The notes: generated from the sequence alone by a model not told the origin. 64,000 nucleotides of DNA from an uncultured cyanobacterium (GCA_963765575.1 CAVXWZ010000011.1:352001-416000), one strand, 5' to 3'. Shown: positions 1-14,218, counted from the stretch's first letter. A program made the numbers and translations.

Positions 1-367
<367 letters not shown>

Positions 368-583
368 AACAGGGAGACAAACCTGACATTGATGTCTGAG
401 CAGAAATGATCTCAGGCCAGTGTCCTGTCACCTTAGGTCGATCGGTACCTCGACGTGAACCAAACCAGAAGTCTGAGCGATTGAGTTTTGAGAGATCAGG
501 ACTTGATGGATCAGGTTTGGAGGGGAGGAATCACGATCAGTTCCTAAACTTTGTCTAGGTCACCCCATAGAGGAAGAGCTCCT

Positions 584-657
<74 letters not shown>

Positions 658-666
658 TTCGCGATT

Positions 667-739
667 GGGGGTTTAGCTCAGTTGGTAGAGCGCCTGCTTT
701 GCAAGCAGGATGTCAGCGGTTCGAGTCCGCTAACCTCCA
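667..739 (+). tRNA. tRNA-Ala(TGC) in the ITS
   Basis: GGGGGTTTAGCTCAG...TTTGCAA loop...GGTTCGAGTCC...CCTCCA. Confidence 0.98.
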
Positions 740-958
740 TACCAACGGGAGCGCTGAGCCAAGCAAGCAGGCAGCAAGCAAGCAGGCAAGCGAAACAACC
801 AGCCGAGCAGTGGAGCTGAGGGGTGACGAGACGGGATTGCAAGAACTGGGTCAGATTCCAGCCTTCAGGATCTTGATGCTGTGATCACAGGACGTGATGA
901 CGAGCAGATTTTGAATGCTGGATTCACACCTTCACGAGAGGGTGAGAAGAAGCCAGTA

Positions 959-978
959 GAACCTTGACAACTGTATAG
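959..978 (+). promoter_or_regulatory. rrn antitermination boxA of the ITS
   Basis: GAACCTTGACAACTGTATA matches the cyanobacterial ITS boxA motif and lies between tRNA-Ala and 23S. Confidence 0.75.
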
Positions 979-1241
979 GTAAGTCTGGACAAAAGCATCT
1001 CATGGATGCCAAGTTTAGCCGCCATTAAGAGCAGGATGCTGACCATCAATGGGCAAGAGATTGCCTGGGGTGGTTCAGTTGATGGTAATTGATGGAGGAC
1101 TGGATTTGGAGATTCTATTGAGTTTAGAGCCAAGACGCCTCAACGAAAGAGTCTAACCGAGATCATCAAGCTGCTTGGATCAGCAATGAACCAGGTCAGG
1201 GAGAAAGGTGTTGGTGATGATGAATGAGTTGAGGCAAAATT

Positions 1242-4125
<2,884 letters not shown>

Positions 4126-4312
4126 ATGACCATGGCGAAAGGTCATTGACGTCCCGTTGAGGGATGGAGACGACCATGCTTTTGTCTGGAACCTTGAGCC
4201 GTGAGGCCGCCGGTGAGCGCCTGCAGTGAAGAGCTGCGGGTGTTGAGCTGGTGGTGAGTGGATTAAGGATACCTATGCAGTTCTCAGGGTTCACCCTGAC
4301 AAGTGAAGAAAT

Positions 4313-4430
4313 TCCTGGTGTCCATGGCGCAGTGGACCCACGCCGAACCATCTCGAACTCGGCTGTGAAACGCTGCAGCGCCGACGGTATTTGGGGGGTA
4401 GCCCCCTGAGAGAATAGGTCGATGCCAGGA
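4313..4430 (+). rRNA. rrf: 5S rRNA
   Basis: TCCTGGTG...CCATCTCGAACTCGG...GATGCCAGGA with paired termini. Confidence 0.97.
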
Positions 4431-4725
4431 ATTATCTTTCACCTTGATGATCTTTGAGCTCCGCTGAGGGTGTGACGCAGCAGCTAGCCTGCGGCAGCCG
4501 CCCAGTGGCATCCCCCCAGTGGTAGCTGGCCTGCAGCTGCTGCGCTGCTTACCGTGAGAGCATTCAGCCGGTCGTGCTTTGGTGCGGGCCTGTCTGTCTG
4601 TATGTCCTGCTTTTGTAAGAGCCCTTTGCTTTGAGGCTTTGGCTGCAGGCATCTCGATGGAACTTTGATGATCTTTCCCACCAGCTCTTATTGGGATTGG
4701 ACCACTGATGGAGTCACGTTTACGT

Positions 4726-4760
4726 CAGATCCCAAATCCCTAATCCCAGATCCCAGATCC
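4726..4760. repeat. Heptamer tandem repeat, 5 copies of C(A/T)(G/A)ATCC
   Basis: CAGATCC CAAATCC CTAATCC CAGATCC CAGATCC read directly. Confidence 0.85.
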
Positions 4761-5618
4761 TGGACTGCTCAGACCCGCACCAGGTTTGATGGCGATTTGG
4801 CGGAGGCTTGAGACTTGTTTGAAGCCCTGCGGGTCACGCTTTGGATTGCCGTCTCGGTCGCTGAAGAGCACCGTCATACCCGCCATCTGTGCAGCGCGGC
4901 ATTCTTGTGCTGAGTCGGTGATGAACAGAATCTCGGAAGTAGCAAGTTGCAGACGCTTGGCGATGGCTGCGTAGCTTGCGCTCTGTTCTTTTGCCCCTAC
5001 CTGGGTATCGAACCACTCATCAATCAGTGGCTTCAGGTCTCCAGAGGTGGTGTGGCCATAGAGCAGCTTCTGCGCCTTTACTGACCCGGACGAGTAGATG
5101 GCAATTCTCAGCCCCTGTTCTTTCCAGTCGCGCAAGATTTCCGGCACCTCGTCAAACAATGGTGCCACCAGGACCCCCGTTTCGTATCCTGCTTGCCATA
5201 CCAGCCCCTGCAGTTCCTTAAGTGCAGGCAGCTTGCGATCCTGCTGGATCAGCAGGCAGAGATAGGCCGCCAGATCACTTGGCTGCTCCTTGAGCAGATG
5301 TCTGGCTGCTGGATGAGCATCCTTGTGCCATGCCTCCTGCGCGGCCTCCACCAGGTCTTGCACGTTCTGGCGTTGCGCGGCCTCCCCTTGCAAGAACGGC
5401 CCCATGGCAGCTGCCGCATAGGGAAACAGACTGCCGGTGACGAAGCTCACAGGACATGTGGTGCCTTCAATGTCAAGCAGGACCAGGCGAATTTCATGGC
5501 TGTCGATCGAAGTCTGCTGGCTTGATCCGGCAGAGTTTGGCTGAATTGGCGCTACAGCTTTGCCGGTGTGCATGGTTGTGGTTTCAATTGCTGGGGTTGG
5601 GTTGTCGTCTCGGGTCAT
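4740..5618 (-). CDS. mtnC: Enolase-phosphatase E1 (acireductone synthase), HAD family; true start may be further downstream
   Basis: LLDIEGTT, LFPYA, DRKxxxLKELQG, IYSSGSVKAQKLLY motifs. Confidence 0.92.
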   Translation of the reverse strand: MTRDDNPTPAIETTTMHTGKAVAPIQPNSAGSSQQTSIDSHEIRLVLLDIEGTTCPVSFVTGSLFPYAAAAMGPFLQGEAAQRQNVQDLVEAAQEAWHKDAHPAARHLLKEQPSDLAAYLCLLIQQDRKLPALKELQGLVWQAGYETGVLVAPLFDEVPEILRDWKEQGLRIAIYSSGSVKAQKLLYGHTTSGDLKPLIDEWFDTQVGAKEQSASYAAIAKRLQLATSEILFITDSAQECRAAQMAGMTVLFSDRDGNPKRDPQGFKQVSSLRQIAIKPGAGLSSPGSGIWD

Positions 5619-5693
5619 GGTCTTGGCTGGTGGCCTTGGGTGCTGGCGTCGGTGGGTGGTGGCTTGGGCTGAGGGTGGCCGGTGTTCCGGTGC

Positions 5694-6350
5694 TCAAGTG
5701 GCCAGAGCATCCAGCAGGAGCCGACGCCAGGCCTGCTCGAGCAGGAATTCATGAATCTCCAGATGGCGACGAGCCGTCGCCAGGTCGACTCCCCAGGCGT
5801 AGAGCCCATGGCCGGCGATCAGCAGGCCATGGGGGGCGCCGGCCAGGTGGGGAGTTGCTGTGGTGCTCAGGCGCTGGAGATCCTGATCATTGGCGAGCAC
5901 CGGCACCTCCACGGCACTGGCGTGGGTTGTGATTCCCTCCAGACCCTTCAGCATTTCCAGATCCTCCAGGAGCAGGCCTCCGGCGGCCCCGGATCCGGGT
6001 GCCCTGTGCCGCGACAGCAGCGTGCCGGCCTGGGAGTGGGTGTGCAGCACGGCGCCGGCCCCGGTTTCCGCCACGATCGCCAGGTGCAGCAAGGTTTCCG
6101 CACTGGCCCGCCCGCTGCCGCGCACGACCGTGGCGCTGCCGTCCACGACGATCAGCTCCTCCGGCCGCACGCTGCCCTTGTCCACCCCGCTGGGTGCCAT
6201 CAGCAGTTCCAGGGGTGAGCGCTGCAGCACACAGCTGAAGTTGCCGCCGGTGCCATCGCACCAGCCGCGTCGGTGGATGGCGGCCATGGTGGCGCTCAGC
6301 TCGGCGGCCAGTTGGCCCTGGCGGCGGCTGGGCGTGCTCAGAGGGGCCAT
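5694..6350 (-). CDS. mtnB: Methylthioribulose-1-phosphate dehydratase
   Basis: GWCDGTGGNFS, APSGVDKG, SAETLLH, LHTHS, GHGLYAWG (class II aldolase fold). Confidence 0.93.
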   Translation of the reverse strand: MAPLSTPSRRQGQLAAELSATMAAIHRRGWCDGTGGNFSCVLQRSPLELLMAPSGVDKGSVRPEELIVVDGSATVVRGSGRASAETLLHLAIVAETGAGAVLHTHSQAGTLLSRHRAPGSGAAGGLLLEDLEMLKGLEGITTHASAVEVPVLANDQDLQRLSTTATPHLAGAPHGLLIAGHGLYAWGVDLATARRHLEIHEFLLEQAWRRLLLDALAT

Positions 6351-6366
6351 GGCTCCAGGACGGAGG

Positions 6367-7212
6367 TCAATGCTGACAACGGGGGCACCAGTGGCTGCTG
6401 CGTCCCCCCAGCTTCTCGCGGCAGATGCTGGTGCCACAGCTCCGGCAGGGTTGCCCCGAGCGCCGATACACCAGGGCGATGCCCCCGTAGTTGCCGTTGC
6501 GGCCGGTGAGGTCGCGGAAATCACTGAAGGTCGTGCCTCCGGCACCGATGCTCGTCTCCAGCACCTCCACCAAAGCCCGGTGCAATCGCTCCAGCCTGGT
6601 CCGGCTCACCGTGCCGCTGGGGGTCCGGGGCCTGATGCCGGCGCTGAACAGGGCCTCGTCGGCATAGATATTGCCCACCCCAGCCACCAGGGCCTGATCG
6701 AGCAGTGCCGCCTTGATCGGCCGCCGCGATCCCCGCAGTCGCTCACGCAGATAGTCGGCGTTGAAGCTGCCCGCGAAGGGTTCGGGGCCCAGGCGCTGCA
6801 GCCCCGTGATCACCTGTTCGGGCGCGCTGCCGGGGGGCACCCACCACATCTGCCCGAAGCTGCGCGTATCCACGAAGCGCAGTTCTTCGCCCCGCTGGTT
6901 CCAGATCCGCACCCGGGTATGGCTGCAGGGGGGCTGATCTTCGTTCAGCCAGAGGAACTGGCCGGTCATGCGCAGATGCACGCCCCACCATCCCGCTGGC
7001 CCGCCCGCCTGCTGGAGCTTGCCCAGCAGATACTTGCCGCGCCGCTGCCAGCCGGCCAGGGAGCAGTGCTGAAGCCCCTGCTCAAACGCGCCGGGAGCGG
7101 CGGGGCTGGCGACGGCCCGCTGCCGCAGCACCTCCACCCGCGCCACTGTGAAGTCGCCGGTCCGCTGCTGCAGCCCCCGGCGCACGGTTTCAACTTCGGG
7201 CAGTTCCGGCAC
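6367..7212 (-). CDS. mutM: Formamidopyrimidine-DNA glycosylase
   Basis: MPELPEVE N-terminus, RRGKYL, HLRMTG, GVGNIYADE, C-terminal zinc finger. Confidence 0.97.
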   Translation of the reverse strand: MPELPEVETVRRGLQQRTGDFTVARVEVLRQRAVASPAAPGAFEQGLQHCSLAGWQRRGKYLLGKLQQAGGPAGWWGVHLRMTGQFLWLNEDQPPCSHTRVRIWNQRGEELRFVDTRSFGQMWWVPPGSAPEQVITGLQRLGPEPFAGSFNADYLRERLRGSRRPIKAALLDQALVAGVGNIYADEALFSAGIRPRTPSGTVSRTRLERLHRALVEVLETSIGAGGTTFSDFRDLTGRNGNYGGIALVYRRSGQPCRSCGTSICREKLGGRSSHWCPRCQH

Positions 7213-7332
7213 TGTGGCGGGATGGGGGGGAGAAGCGGCGCGACGGGCCTGCGAACAACAGCCCCGGCCGGTGCGCGGGGCACCAGCCGGGGCTGCAGCG
7301 TGGGGTGGAAGACGCGGCCCTGGGGGGCAGGG

Positions 7333-7542
7333 TCAGGCCTTCTGCAGTTCGCTCTCGGCGAAGTTGTTGGTGTTGATGCCACCCTCGGAGCCGCTGTAGC
7401 CGGTGTAGTTCACCTTCTCAAAGCGAACCACCACGGGGTAGCGGATTCCAGAGGTGTCGACCGATGCCACGGTGCCGACTTCGTTGAACCAGTAGGACTC
7501 GGGGCGCTTGATGCGCACCTTGTCGCCGCGGGAAATGGCCAT
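7333..7542 (-). CDS. psaE: Photosystem I subunit IV
   Basis: [29 protein letters not shown]...[12 protein letters not shown]...TNNFA. Confidence 0.97.
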   Translation of the reverse strand: MAISRGDKVRIKRPESYWFNEVGTVASVDTSGIRYPVVVRFEKVNYTGYSGSEGGINTNNFAESELQKA

Positions 7543-7639
7543 CGCTGCGGAGAATTCGGAGGCTGCCAGAGGGAAGATACCCGCGCCGGCCAGGGGCTCC
7601 GGGGGCGACGTCACGTTTCGTCGTCCAACCCGGGCCCGC

Positions 7640-8713
7640 ATGGGAGCATCGGCCCCTGTGCCGCCGGCATCCCCATTGGCTCTCCCCGCGCTCGAGGCGC
7701 CGGTTCTCAGTCTTGACCTGCCCGATCCCGACAGCGACACCATCAGCACGATGGAGTTCCTGGCCCGGCTGGAGCAGGCCTGGGCCGTGTGCGACCGCTT
7801 CGACCTGCACACGGAGATCTGGCGGGGGCGGATCCTGCGGGCCGTGCGGGATCGGGAGAAGCGCGGCGGCGAGGGCCGCGGCACCGGGTTTCTGCAGTGG
7901 TTGCGGGAGCAGGAGATCAGCAAGACCCGCGCCTACACCCTGATCCAGCTGGCGGAGTCGGCTGATCGGATGCTGGCCGAGGGGGTGCTGGAGGAGGCCA
8001 GCGTGAACCACTTCTCCAAGCGGGCTTTCCTCGACACCGCCGAGTCGCCCCCGGAGGTGCAGCTGATGATCTCCGAGGCCGCCAACGAGGGCCAGCAGAT
8101 CACCCGCAAGCAGGTGCGCCGTCTGGCCGATGAATTCACGGCGGCCACCAGCCCGCTGCTGCCCGAGGAGATCCGCCAGCGCACCGCCGAAAACCTGCTG
8201 CCGCCCAAGGTGGTGGCGCCGCTGGTGAAGGAGCTGGCCAAGCTGCCCGAGGGCCAGCAGGACGACCTGCGACGGGTGCTGCGCGAGGAGCCGGAGCTGG
8301 AGCGGGTGCGGGAGGCCACCAGCACGGCCCGCTGGTTGAGCAAGGCGGCTGAAGCGGCTCTGGCCGTGCGGGCGTTCCAGCAGGGGGATCTGGATTTCGA
8401 GAAGGCCCTGCAGGAAGCTCAGCGCCTGGAGGCCCTCGGCCTGCTGGCGGATGCCGTGGGTCAGGCCCAGGCCCTGGAGGCCGCCGTGCTCAAGCTGCAC
8501 ACCAGCTGGCGGCGTCTGAACGGACTCCAGGAGCGCCTGTGGGTGGAGAGCGGCAGCAGCACGCCCCATCTGCGCGAGCTGCTCACCGCTCTGCAGTCGC
8601 TGAGCGGCAGCACCCTGCGGGTGTCGCTCGGGGAGCTGGCGGGCGGCAAGCGGTTGCGGCTGCAACTGGTGGAGGAATCGCCCGATCAGCTGGAGGCGCC
8701 GCCGCTGCCCTGA
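7640..8713 (+). CDS. Hypothetical alpha-helical protein
   Basis: Long ORF with host-like codon usage and protein-like composition; no recognisable motif; start uncertain. Confidence 0.75.
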   Translation: MGASAPVPPASPLALPALEAPVLSLDLPDPDSDTISTMEFLARLEQAWAVCDRFDLHTEIWRGRILRAVRDREKRGGEGRGTGFLQWLREQEISKTRAYTLIQLAESADRMLAEGVLEEASVNHFSKRAFLDTAESPPEVQLMISEAANEGQQITRKQVRRLADEFTAATSPLLPEEIRQRTAENLLPPKVVAPLVKELAKLPEGQQDDLRRVLREEPELERVREATSTARWLSKAAEAALAVRAFQQGDLDFEKALQEAQRLEALGLLADAVGQAQALEAAVLKLHTSWRRLNGLQERLWVESGSSTPHLRELLTALQSLSGSTLRVSLGELAGGKRLRLQLVEESPDQLEAPPLP

Positions 8714-8769
8714 GCCCGCTGGCGCCCGATGGCGGGATCGGTATCGTCACAGCGTGGTGGACGCTGGCG

Positions 8770-10351
8770 TTGCCTGAGTTACAACCCGGCGATCGGCAGG
8801 CCTGCGCAGCGGTGGCAGAGGGCGTCGGACTGGGCTCAGCTCCTGATCCCCTCGAGCAGGCCCTGAGGCGCCATTTCGGCTGGGACACGTTCCGGCCCGG
8901 CCAGCGCCCGGTGGTGGAGGCGCTGCTGGCGGGACGGGACTGCCTGGCCGTGTGGCCCACCGGTGCGGGCAAGTCGCTGTGTTTCCAGCTGCCGGCCCTG
9001 ATCCGCGAAGGGCTGGTGCTGGTGATCTCGCCGCTGGTGGCGCTGATGCAGGACCAGGTGGATCAGCTGCAGCGCCGTGGCATCCCGGCGGCCTGTCTGC
9101 ACGGGGGGCTGCAGTCCGGGGAGCGCCTGCAGCTGTTGCGGCGCATTCGCGAGCGCCGGCTGCGCCTGCTCTACCTGGCTCCCGAGCGCCTGCAGGCGGA
9201 GGCGACCCGCCAGCTGCTCGACGACCTGCTCGACGAGGGTGCTCTGGCGGCCCTGGCGGTGGATGAGGCCCACTGCATCAGTGCCTGGGGCCATGACTTC
9301 CGCCCCGACTACCGGCGCCTGGGCCAGCTGCGTCAACTCTGCCCGGGGGTGCCGCTGGTGGCCCTCAGTGCCACCGCCGCCCCCCGGGTGCGGGCCGACA
9401 TCATCCGGCTGCTGCAGCTGCGCCGGCCCCTGATCCAGGTGCGGTCGGCCCGACGGGCCAACCTGCGCTACGCCATGCGCCGGCGGCCTGCCGATCCCCT
9501 GCCGGAGATGCTCGCCGCCATCGGGCGCTCCCGTGGAGCCGTGCTGATCTACGCCCGGGCCCGCCGTTCGGTGGAGCAGTGGGCCTCGCGTCTGCAGGCT
9601 GCCGGAGTGGAGGCGCTCACCTACCACGCCGGCATGGATGCGGGCCTGCGCCTGCAGGCCCTGGCCCATTTCCAGAGCCAGCCCCGGCCCGTGCTGGTGG
9701 CCACGGTGGCGTTTGGGATGGGGGTGGATCGCCCCGACGTGGGCCTGGTGCTGCACCTGGACCTGCCCGCGAGTGCGGAGGGCTATCTGCAGGAATCGGG
9801 CCGGGCCGGCCGCGACCAGGGCCCGGCCGAATGCCTGGTGCTGTTTGATCCGGCCGATCGCACCAGCCTGGGCTGGGCCATGCGCGCCGCTGGCCGGGGC
9901 CTGCTGGGACAGGGGCCCTGCCGGCGATGGCGAGTGGCAGCGCCAGGAGCTGGCCCAACAGCAGCTGCGGCGCATGGAAGCGGTGGCGGAGGGGGAGGGC
10001 TGCCGGGAGCAGGCCCTGCTGCTGGCCATGGGTGAACTCGTGCCGCCCTGTGGTCGCTGCGACCGCTGCCAGCGCCAGCGGCGGGTCGGGCCCGGGCGGC
10101 GGGACTGGTCGGAGCAGGCGTCCCAGCTGCTGGAGCTGCTGGGGGAGCGGCGGGGCCGCGCCCTGCGTGGGTTGGTGGAAGACCTGGCCGGGCGGACCGG
10201 CAGCGACGAGCAGCGCTGGGCCTGGCTGGCGCGCCGGTTGGTGCAGGAGGAGCTGATCAGCGAGAGCGACGACGGCGCCCAACGGCTCTATCTCAGACCC
10301 TCGGGCCGGACCTACCTGCGGCAGCCCTGGCCGCTGCGCTGGGCGGCCTGA
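8770..10351 (+). CDS. recQ: RecQ-family DNA helicase with one apparent frameshift near 9913
   Basis: PTGAGKSLCFQLP, VDEAHCISAWGHDFRP, ATVAFGMGVD, QESGRAGRD; Zn-binding CR...CGRCDRC continues in another frame. Confidence 0.9.
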
Positions 10352-10357
10352 GCCAGC

Positions 10358-12028
10358 TCAGCTGCCTTTCTCCTTGCAGATGTCCTGCACCAGCTTCTTC
10401 TCGAAGTCGTTCTCCGGTGCCACCCAGGTGTTCCATTGCCCTGCGGGGGTGGTGCTGTTGAGCTTCTCGGCCGTGCAGTTCACCGCCATGTAGCGGGCTT
10501 TGCCATCCTTGCTGAGGCTGGGGGCCACGTAGCTTCCCCCCATCGAGCGCCACTTCGACCAGTCGATCTGAAGGGGGCCGTAGGGCCGCCAGTCGCCACT
10601 GGTGCCGGTGTTGGCGGCGGTGCGGGTCGCGGTGGCCGTTGCCGCCGGCGCCGCCGTGCGCCGCCGTTGCTGCCGTTGCTGCCGTTGCCACTGTGGTGGT
10701 GGAGGTGGTGCGGGTCGCCTGGGAGCCGACTTTGGCCGCCGTGGTCGAGACCGCTGCCGTGGTGGCTGTCACGCCGCCGGTGGCCGCCCCGATCCTGCTG
10801 ACTGGGGTGGCGGCCGCGGTGGTTGCTGTTTTTCCGTGGTCGGCTGTGGTCGTGGCTGTGGTCGCTGTCCTGCTGGTTGGCGTGGGTCGCGGCTGCACCC
10901 GTGGCTGGCTCACCGGCACTGCGGCTTTCGGCGCTGTGGCTTTGGCGCTGCGGCTTTGGGCGCTGCGGCGCTCGCTGCCGCTGCTGCCCCTGCTGCCGCG
11001 GCTGAGGTTGGGGCGGCCGCTCGGCTCTGGGGCGCCGGGCGGCTGCTGGCCGCGGCAACGGCTGGCTGGCTGGTGGCGGCCGCTGGCGCTTTGGCCTGAG
11101 CCCTCGGCTGAGCCTGCGGCGCTGGCTGGGCCACTGGGGCGGGGGCCGGCTTCGCGGCTGCCTGGGGTGTGGGGCTGGCGGCTGGCTTGGGTTTGGCGGC
11201 TGGTGGGGTGCCCCGCAGCTTCAACGTCGAGCCCGCCAGCAGCCGGTCGGGGTCGTCGATGCTGTTGAGCGCCACGAGCTGGCTCACCGAGGTGCCGTAG
11301 CGCTCGGCAATCGCCGAGAGGCTCTCGCCCCCCTGCACCTCGTGCTCCTGGGTCTTGCGGTCGGGTGTGGAGGGCTTGGCGGCGGCGCTGGCTGCTTTGA
11401 CTGGCGCCTTGGCGGCGGGTTTGGCGGTCCCGCGGTTGGCCGTCATGGGAATGCGCAGGCGGGTGCCGCTGTTCACCTGGTCGGGGTTCTGGATGGCGTT
11501 CAGCTCGATCAGGCGCGAGGTGCTGGTGTTGAACCGCACCGCGATCTCCGAGAGCGTCTCCCCGCTCTTGACGGTGTAAGGGGCGGTGGGCTGGCTGCGC
11601 GCCGCCGAAGCGCCACTGCCGCCGCTGCCCGCGGGGATGGTGAGGCGCTCGCCCACCACCACCAGATCGGCATCGCTGATGCCGTTGGCCTGCATCAGTC
11701 GGGTCAGGCCCACGCCATGGCGCTCGGCGATGGCGGAGAGGGTGTCGCCTTCCTGCACGGTCACCCGACCACCACGGGCTGAGGCTGAGCCCCCCGCCCG
11801 GCCGGAACCACCGGGGATGGTGAGGCGCTGGCCCACCACCACCAGGTCGGGATCACTGATGCCGTTGGTCTGCATCAGGCGGCTGAGGCTGACGCCATGG
11901 CGCTCGGCGATCTCCGAGAGGGTTTCCCCCGCCTTCACCACCACGGCCTGGGCCCGAGCGGCTGGGGCCAGCAGCGCGGCGGTGGGCAGGGCCATCGCCA
12001 GGGCCAGGGCGGCAAGGGTGCGGCGCAT
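10358..12028 (-). CDS. Secreted multi-LysM protein (4 LysM) with Ala/Thr/Pro linker and C-terminal domain; two compensating frameshifts in the linker
   Basis: Signal peptide, four VxxG(E/D)(T/S)LSxIA repeats; C-terminal DWRPYGPLQIDWSKWRSMGGSYVAP...C...C is in the same frame as the N-terminus. Confidence 0.85.
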
Positions 12029-12117
12029 GGGCTCCAGGAGGTTGCTGGGCGAACGTTAAGGGTCCAAGCCCGCCCGATCCAGTGCCGCCAGCGTGCCGAT
12101 GCTCCGCCGGCCGCCAC

Positions 12118-13506
12118 TCAGCCGAGCAGCCGCTGCACCAGCGCCAGCTTGCCGGCGTAGGGGGGGTAACGCAGGGGCAGATCCAGCCAGAAGGGCCGCC
12201 TGAGCACGCTGCGCAGGTGGGAGAAGGTGAGAAAGCCGGCCTCGCCGTGGTAGCGGCCCATGCCGCTGTCGCCCACGCCGCCGAAGCCCAGCTGGCTGGT
12301 GCCGGCCTGCATCACCACGTCGTTGAAGCACACCCCGCCGGAACTGGTGGTCGCCAAGGTGCGGCGCTGGGCCCCACGGCTGTTGCTGAACAGGTAGAGC
12401 GCCAGGGGCTTCGGCCTGCTGCGCACCCGGGCCAGGGCGTCCTCGAGATCGGTCACACCCACGATCGGCAGCAGGGGGCCGAACAGCTCCTCCTGCATCA
12501 GCGGATCGTCGTCGGTCTCCACCGCCAGCAGGGTGGGCTCGATGCGCCGCCGCTGCGGATCGGTGTGGCCGCCGTGCAGCACCTGACCCCGCTCCTTGGC
12601 GCCGGCGAGCAGCCGGGCCAGGCGGTCGTACTGCGCCTGGTTGACGATCGAGGCGAGGTCCTCGCTGGCCAGGGGATCGGGGCCGTGGAAGCGTTGCAGC
12701 TCCGCCACCAGAGCCGCCACCAGGCGATCGCGCAGGGGGGCCTCCACCAGCACGTGGTCGGGGGCGATGCAGGTCTGGCCGGCGTTGATGCTCTTGCCCC
12801 AGGCCAGCCGCCGGGCCGTCACCCCCAGATCGGCATCGGTGAGCACGATCGCGGGACTCTTGCCGCCGAGTTCGAGGGTCACCGGCGTGAGATGGCGCGC
12901 GGCCGCCGCCATCACCAGCTGGCCCACCCGGCCACCGCCGGTGAAAAAGATGTGATCGAAGCGCTCCTCCAGCAGCTCGGCCGCGACCTTGCCGTCACCG
13001 CACACCACCTGAACGATCGTGGGTGGGAAGACCTCGGCGATCGCTGAGGCGATCAGGGCCGCCGTGCGCGGAGCGTGCTCCGAGGGCTTGAGCACCACGC
13101 TGTTGCCGGCCGCCAGGGCGCTCACCAGGGGGTGGAGGCAGAGCTGAAAGGGGTAGTTCCAGGGGCCGATGATCAGCACGCAGCCGAGGGGTTCGGCCTG
13201 CTCATAGGCGCGGCCGGGCTTCAGGGGCAGATCCACCGGCACCGGGCGCGGCGCCATCCAGCGGCGCAGCCGCCGGCGGCTGAGCTTCAGTTCCTGTTGC
13301 ACCGCCACCAGCTCGAAGCTGGCCTCCAGTGGCGGTTTGCCGAGGTCGGCGGCCAGGGCCTCGAGCACCTGCTCGCGGTGACCGGCAAGCAGGGAGTCGA
13401 GGCGATCGAGCTGCTGCAGCCGCCAGGCCAGCGGGCGCGTGTGCCCGAGGCTCACCGGCTCGCGCATGGCCTCGAGGGAGTGGATCAACGGCGAGGTGGT
13501 GCGCAT
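12118..13506 (-). CDS. Aldehyde dehydrogenase (ALDH3-like)
   Basis: PWNYP, LKPSE, FTGG, TLELGGKSP, AGQTCIAPD, EELFGP. Confidence 0.95.
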   Translation of the reverse strand: MRTTSPLIHSLEAMREPVSLGHTRPLAWRLQQLDRLDSLLAGHREQVLEALAADLGKPPLEASFELVAVQQELKLSRRRLRRWMAPRPVPVDLPLKPGRAYEQAEPLGCVLIIGPWNYPFQLCLHPLVSALAAGNSVVLKPSEHAPRTAALIASAIAEVFPPTIVQVVCGDGKVAAELLEERFDHIFFTGGGRVGQLVMAAAARHLTPVTLELGGKSPAIVLTDADLGVTARRLAWGKSINAGQTCIAPDHVLVEAPLRDRLVAALVAELQRFHGPDPLASEDLASIVNQAQYDRLARLLAGAKERGQVLHGGHTDPQRRRIEPTLLAVETDDDPLMQEELFGPLLPIVGVTDLEDALARVRSRPKPLALYLFSNSRGAQRRTLATTSSGGVCFNDVVMQAGTSQLGFGGVGDSGMGRYHGEAGFLTFSHLRSVLRRPFWLDLPLRYPPYAGKLALVQRLLG

Positions 13507-13932
13507 GCCGGGGGCGGGATCGGCTGGGGTCCCACCCTGGCAAACGCCGCTGGCCGTCGGGATCGCTTCACGCTTCGAGCTCCAGCGGGAGGAGTCGGCA
13601 GGATGGAGGCCATTGATGCGCTCCGGTGTCCGTTCCGCCTGCGCCGCGCCATCGGCGAGCGGGCCGGACCGGGAGAACCGGTCACGGTCACGGTCACGGC
13701 CACGGTCTGGCTGGCGTGACCCTGATCGAGAGCCCCGGAGAAGGGGCGAGTAGCTCAGGGGCGTCAGTGCCGATGGGGATTGGCGGCCTGATCGTCAGCA
13801 CCTGTAATCGCCAGCAGGCTGAGTGATCGCTCGTGGTGCTCAATCGGTTGACCACCCAGTTGTCACACCATGGATATTCGATTGTTGGACTACCCACAAC
13901 AGATGCAGTTGCATTCTCCGCCCGCATCTGAT

Positions 13933-13985
13933 GCAGTGCCACGAAAGCAGTGCCACGAAAGCAGTGCGACGAAAGCAAGGCGACG
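13933..13985. repeat. 14-bp tandem repeat GCAGTGCCACGAAA (3 full copies plus a partial)
   Basis: GCAGTGCCACGAAA GCAGTGCCACGAAA GCAGTGCGACGAAA GCAAGGCGACG. Confidence 0.9.
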
Positions 13986-14006
13986 TTGTGGGCTGGGTCT
14001 GGGGTA

Positions 14007-14078
<72 letters not shown>

Positions 14079-14089
14079 ATGTGGAAAGG

Positions 14090-14171
14090 TGGGCCGGGTT
14101 GGATTTGAACCAACGTAGGCAGAGCCAGCGGATTTACAGTCCGCCCCCATTAACCACTCGGGCACCGACCC
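14090..14171 (-). tRNA. tRNA-Tyr(GTA)
   Basis: Reverse complement GGGTCGGTGCCCGAGTGGTTAA...ACTGTAAAT...long variable arm...GGTTCAAATCC...GGCCCA. Confidence 0.97.
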
Positions 14172-14218
14172 GAACCACACTCCAAGAACTTACCAGCCGG
14201 CCCCCCGGCTGATCTCCC

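Noticed and set aside
13933..13985. 14-bp repeats as a CRISPR array
   Set aside because: Head-to-tail with no spacers, too short, and no cas genes in the window
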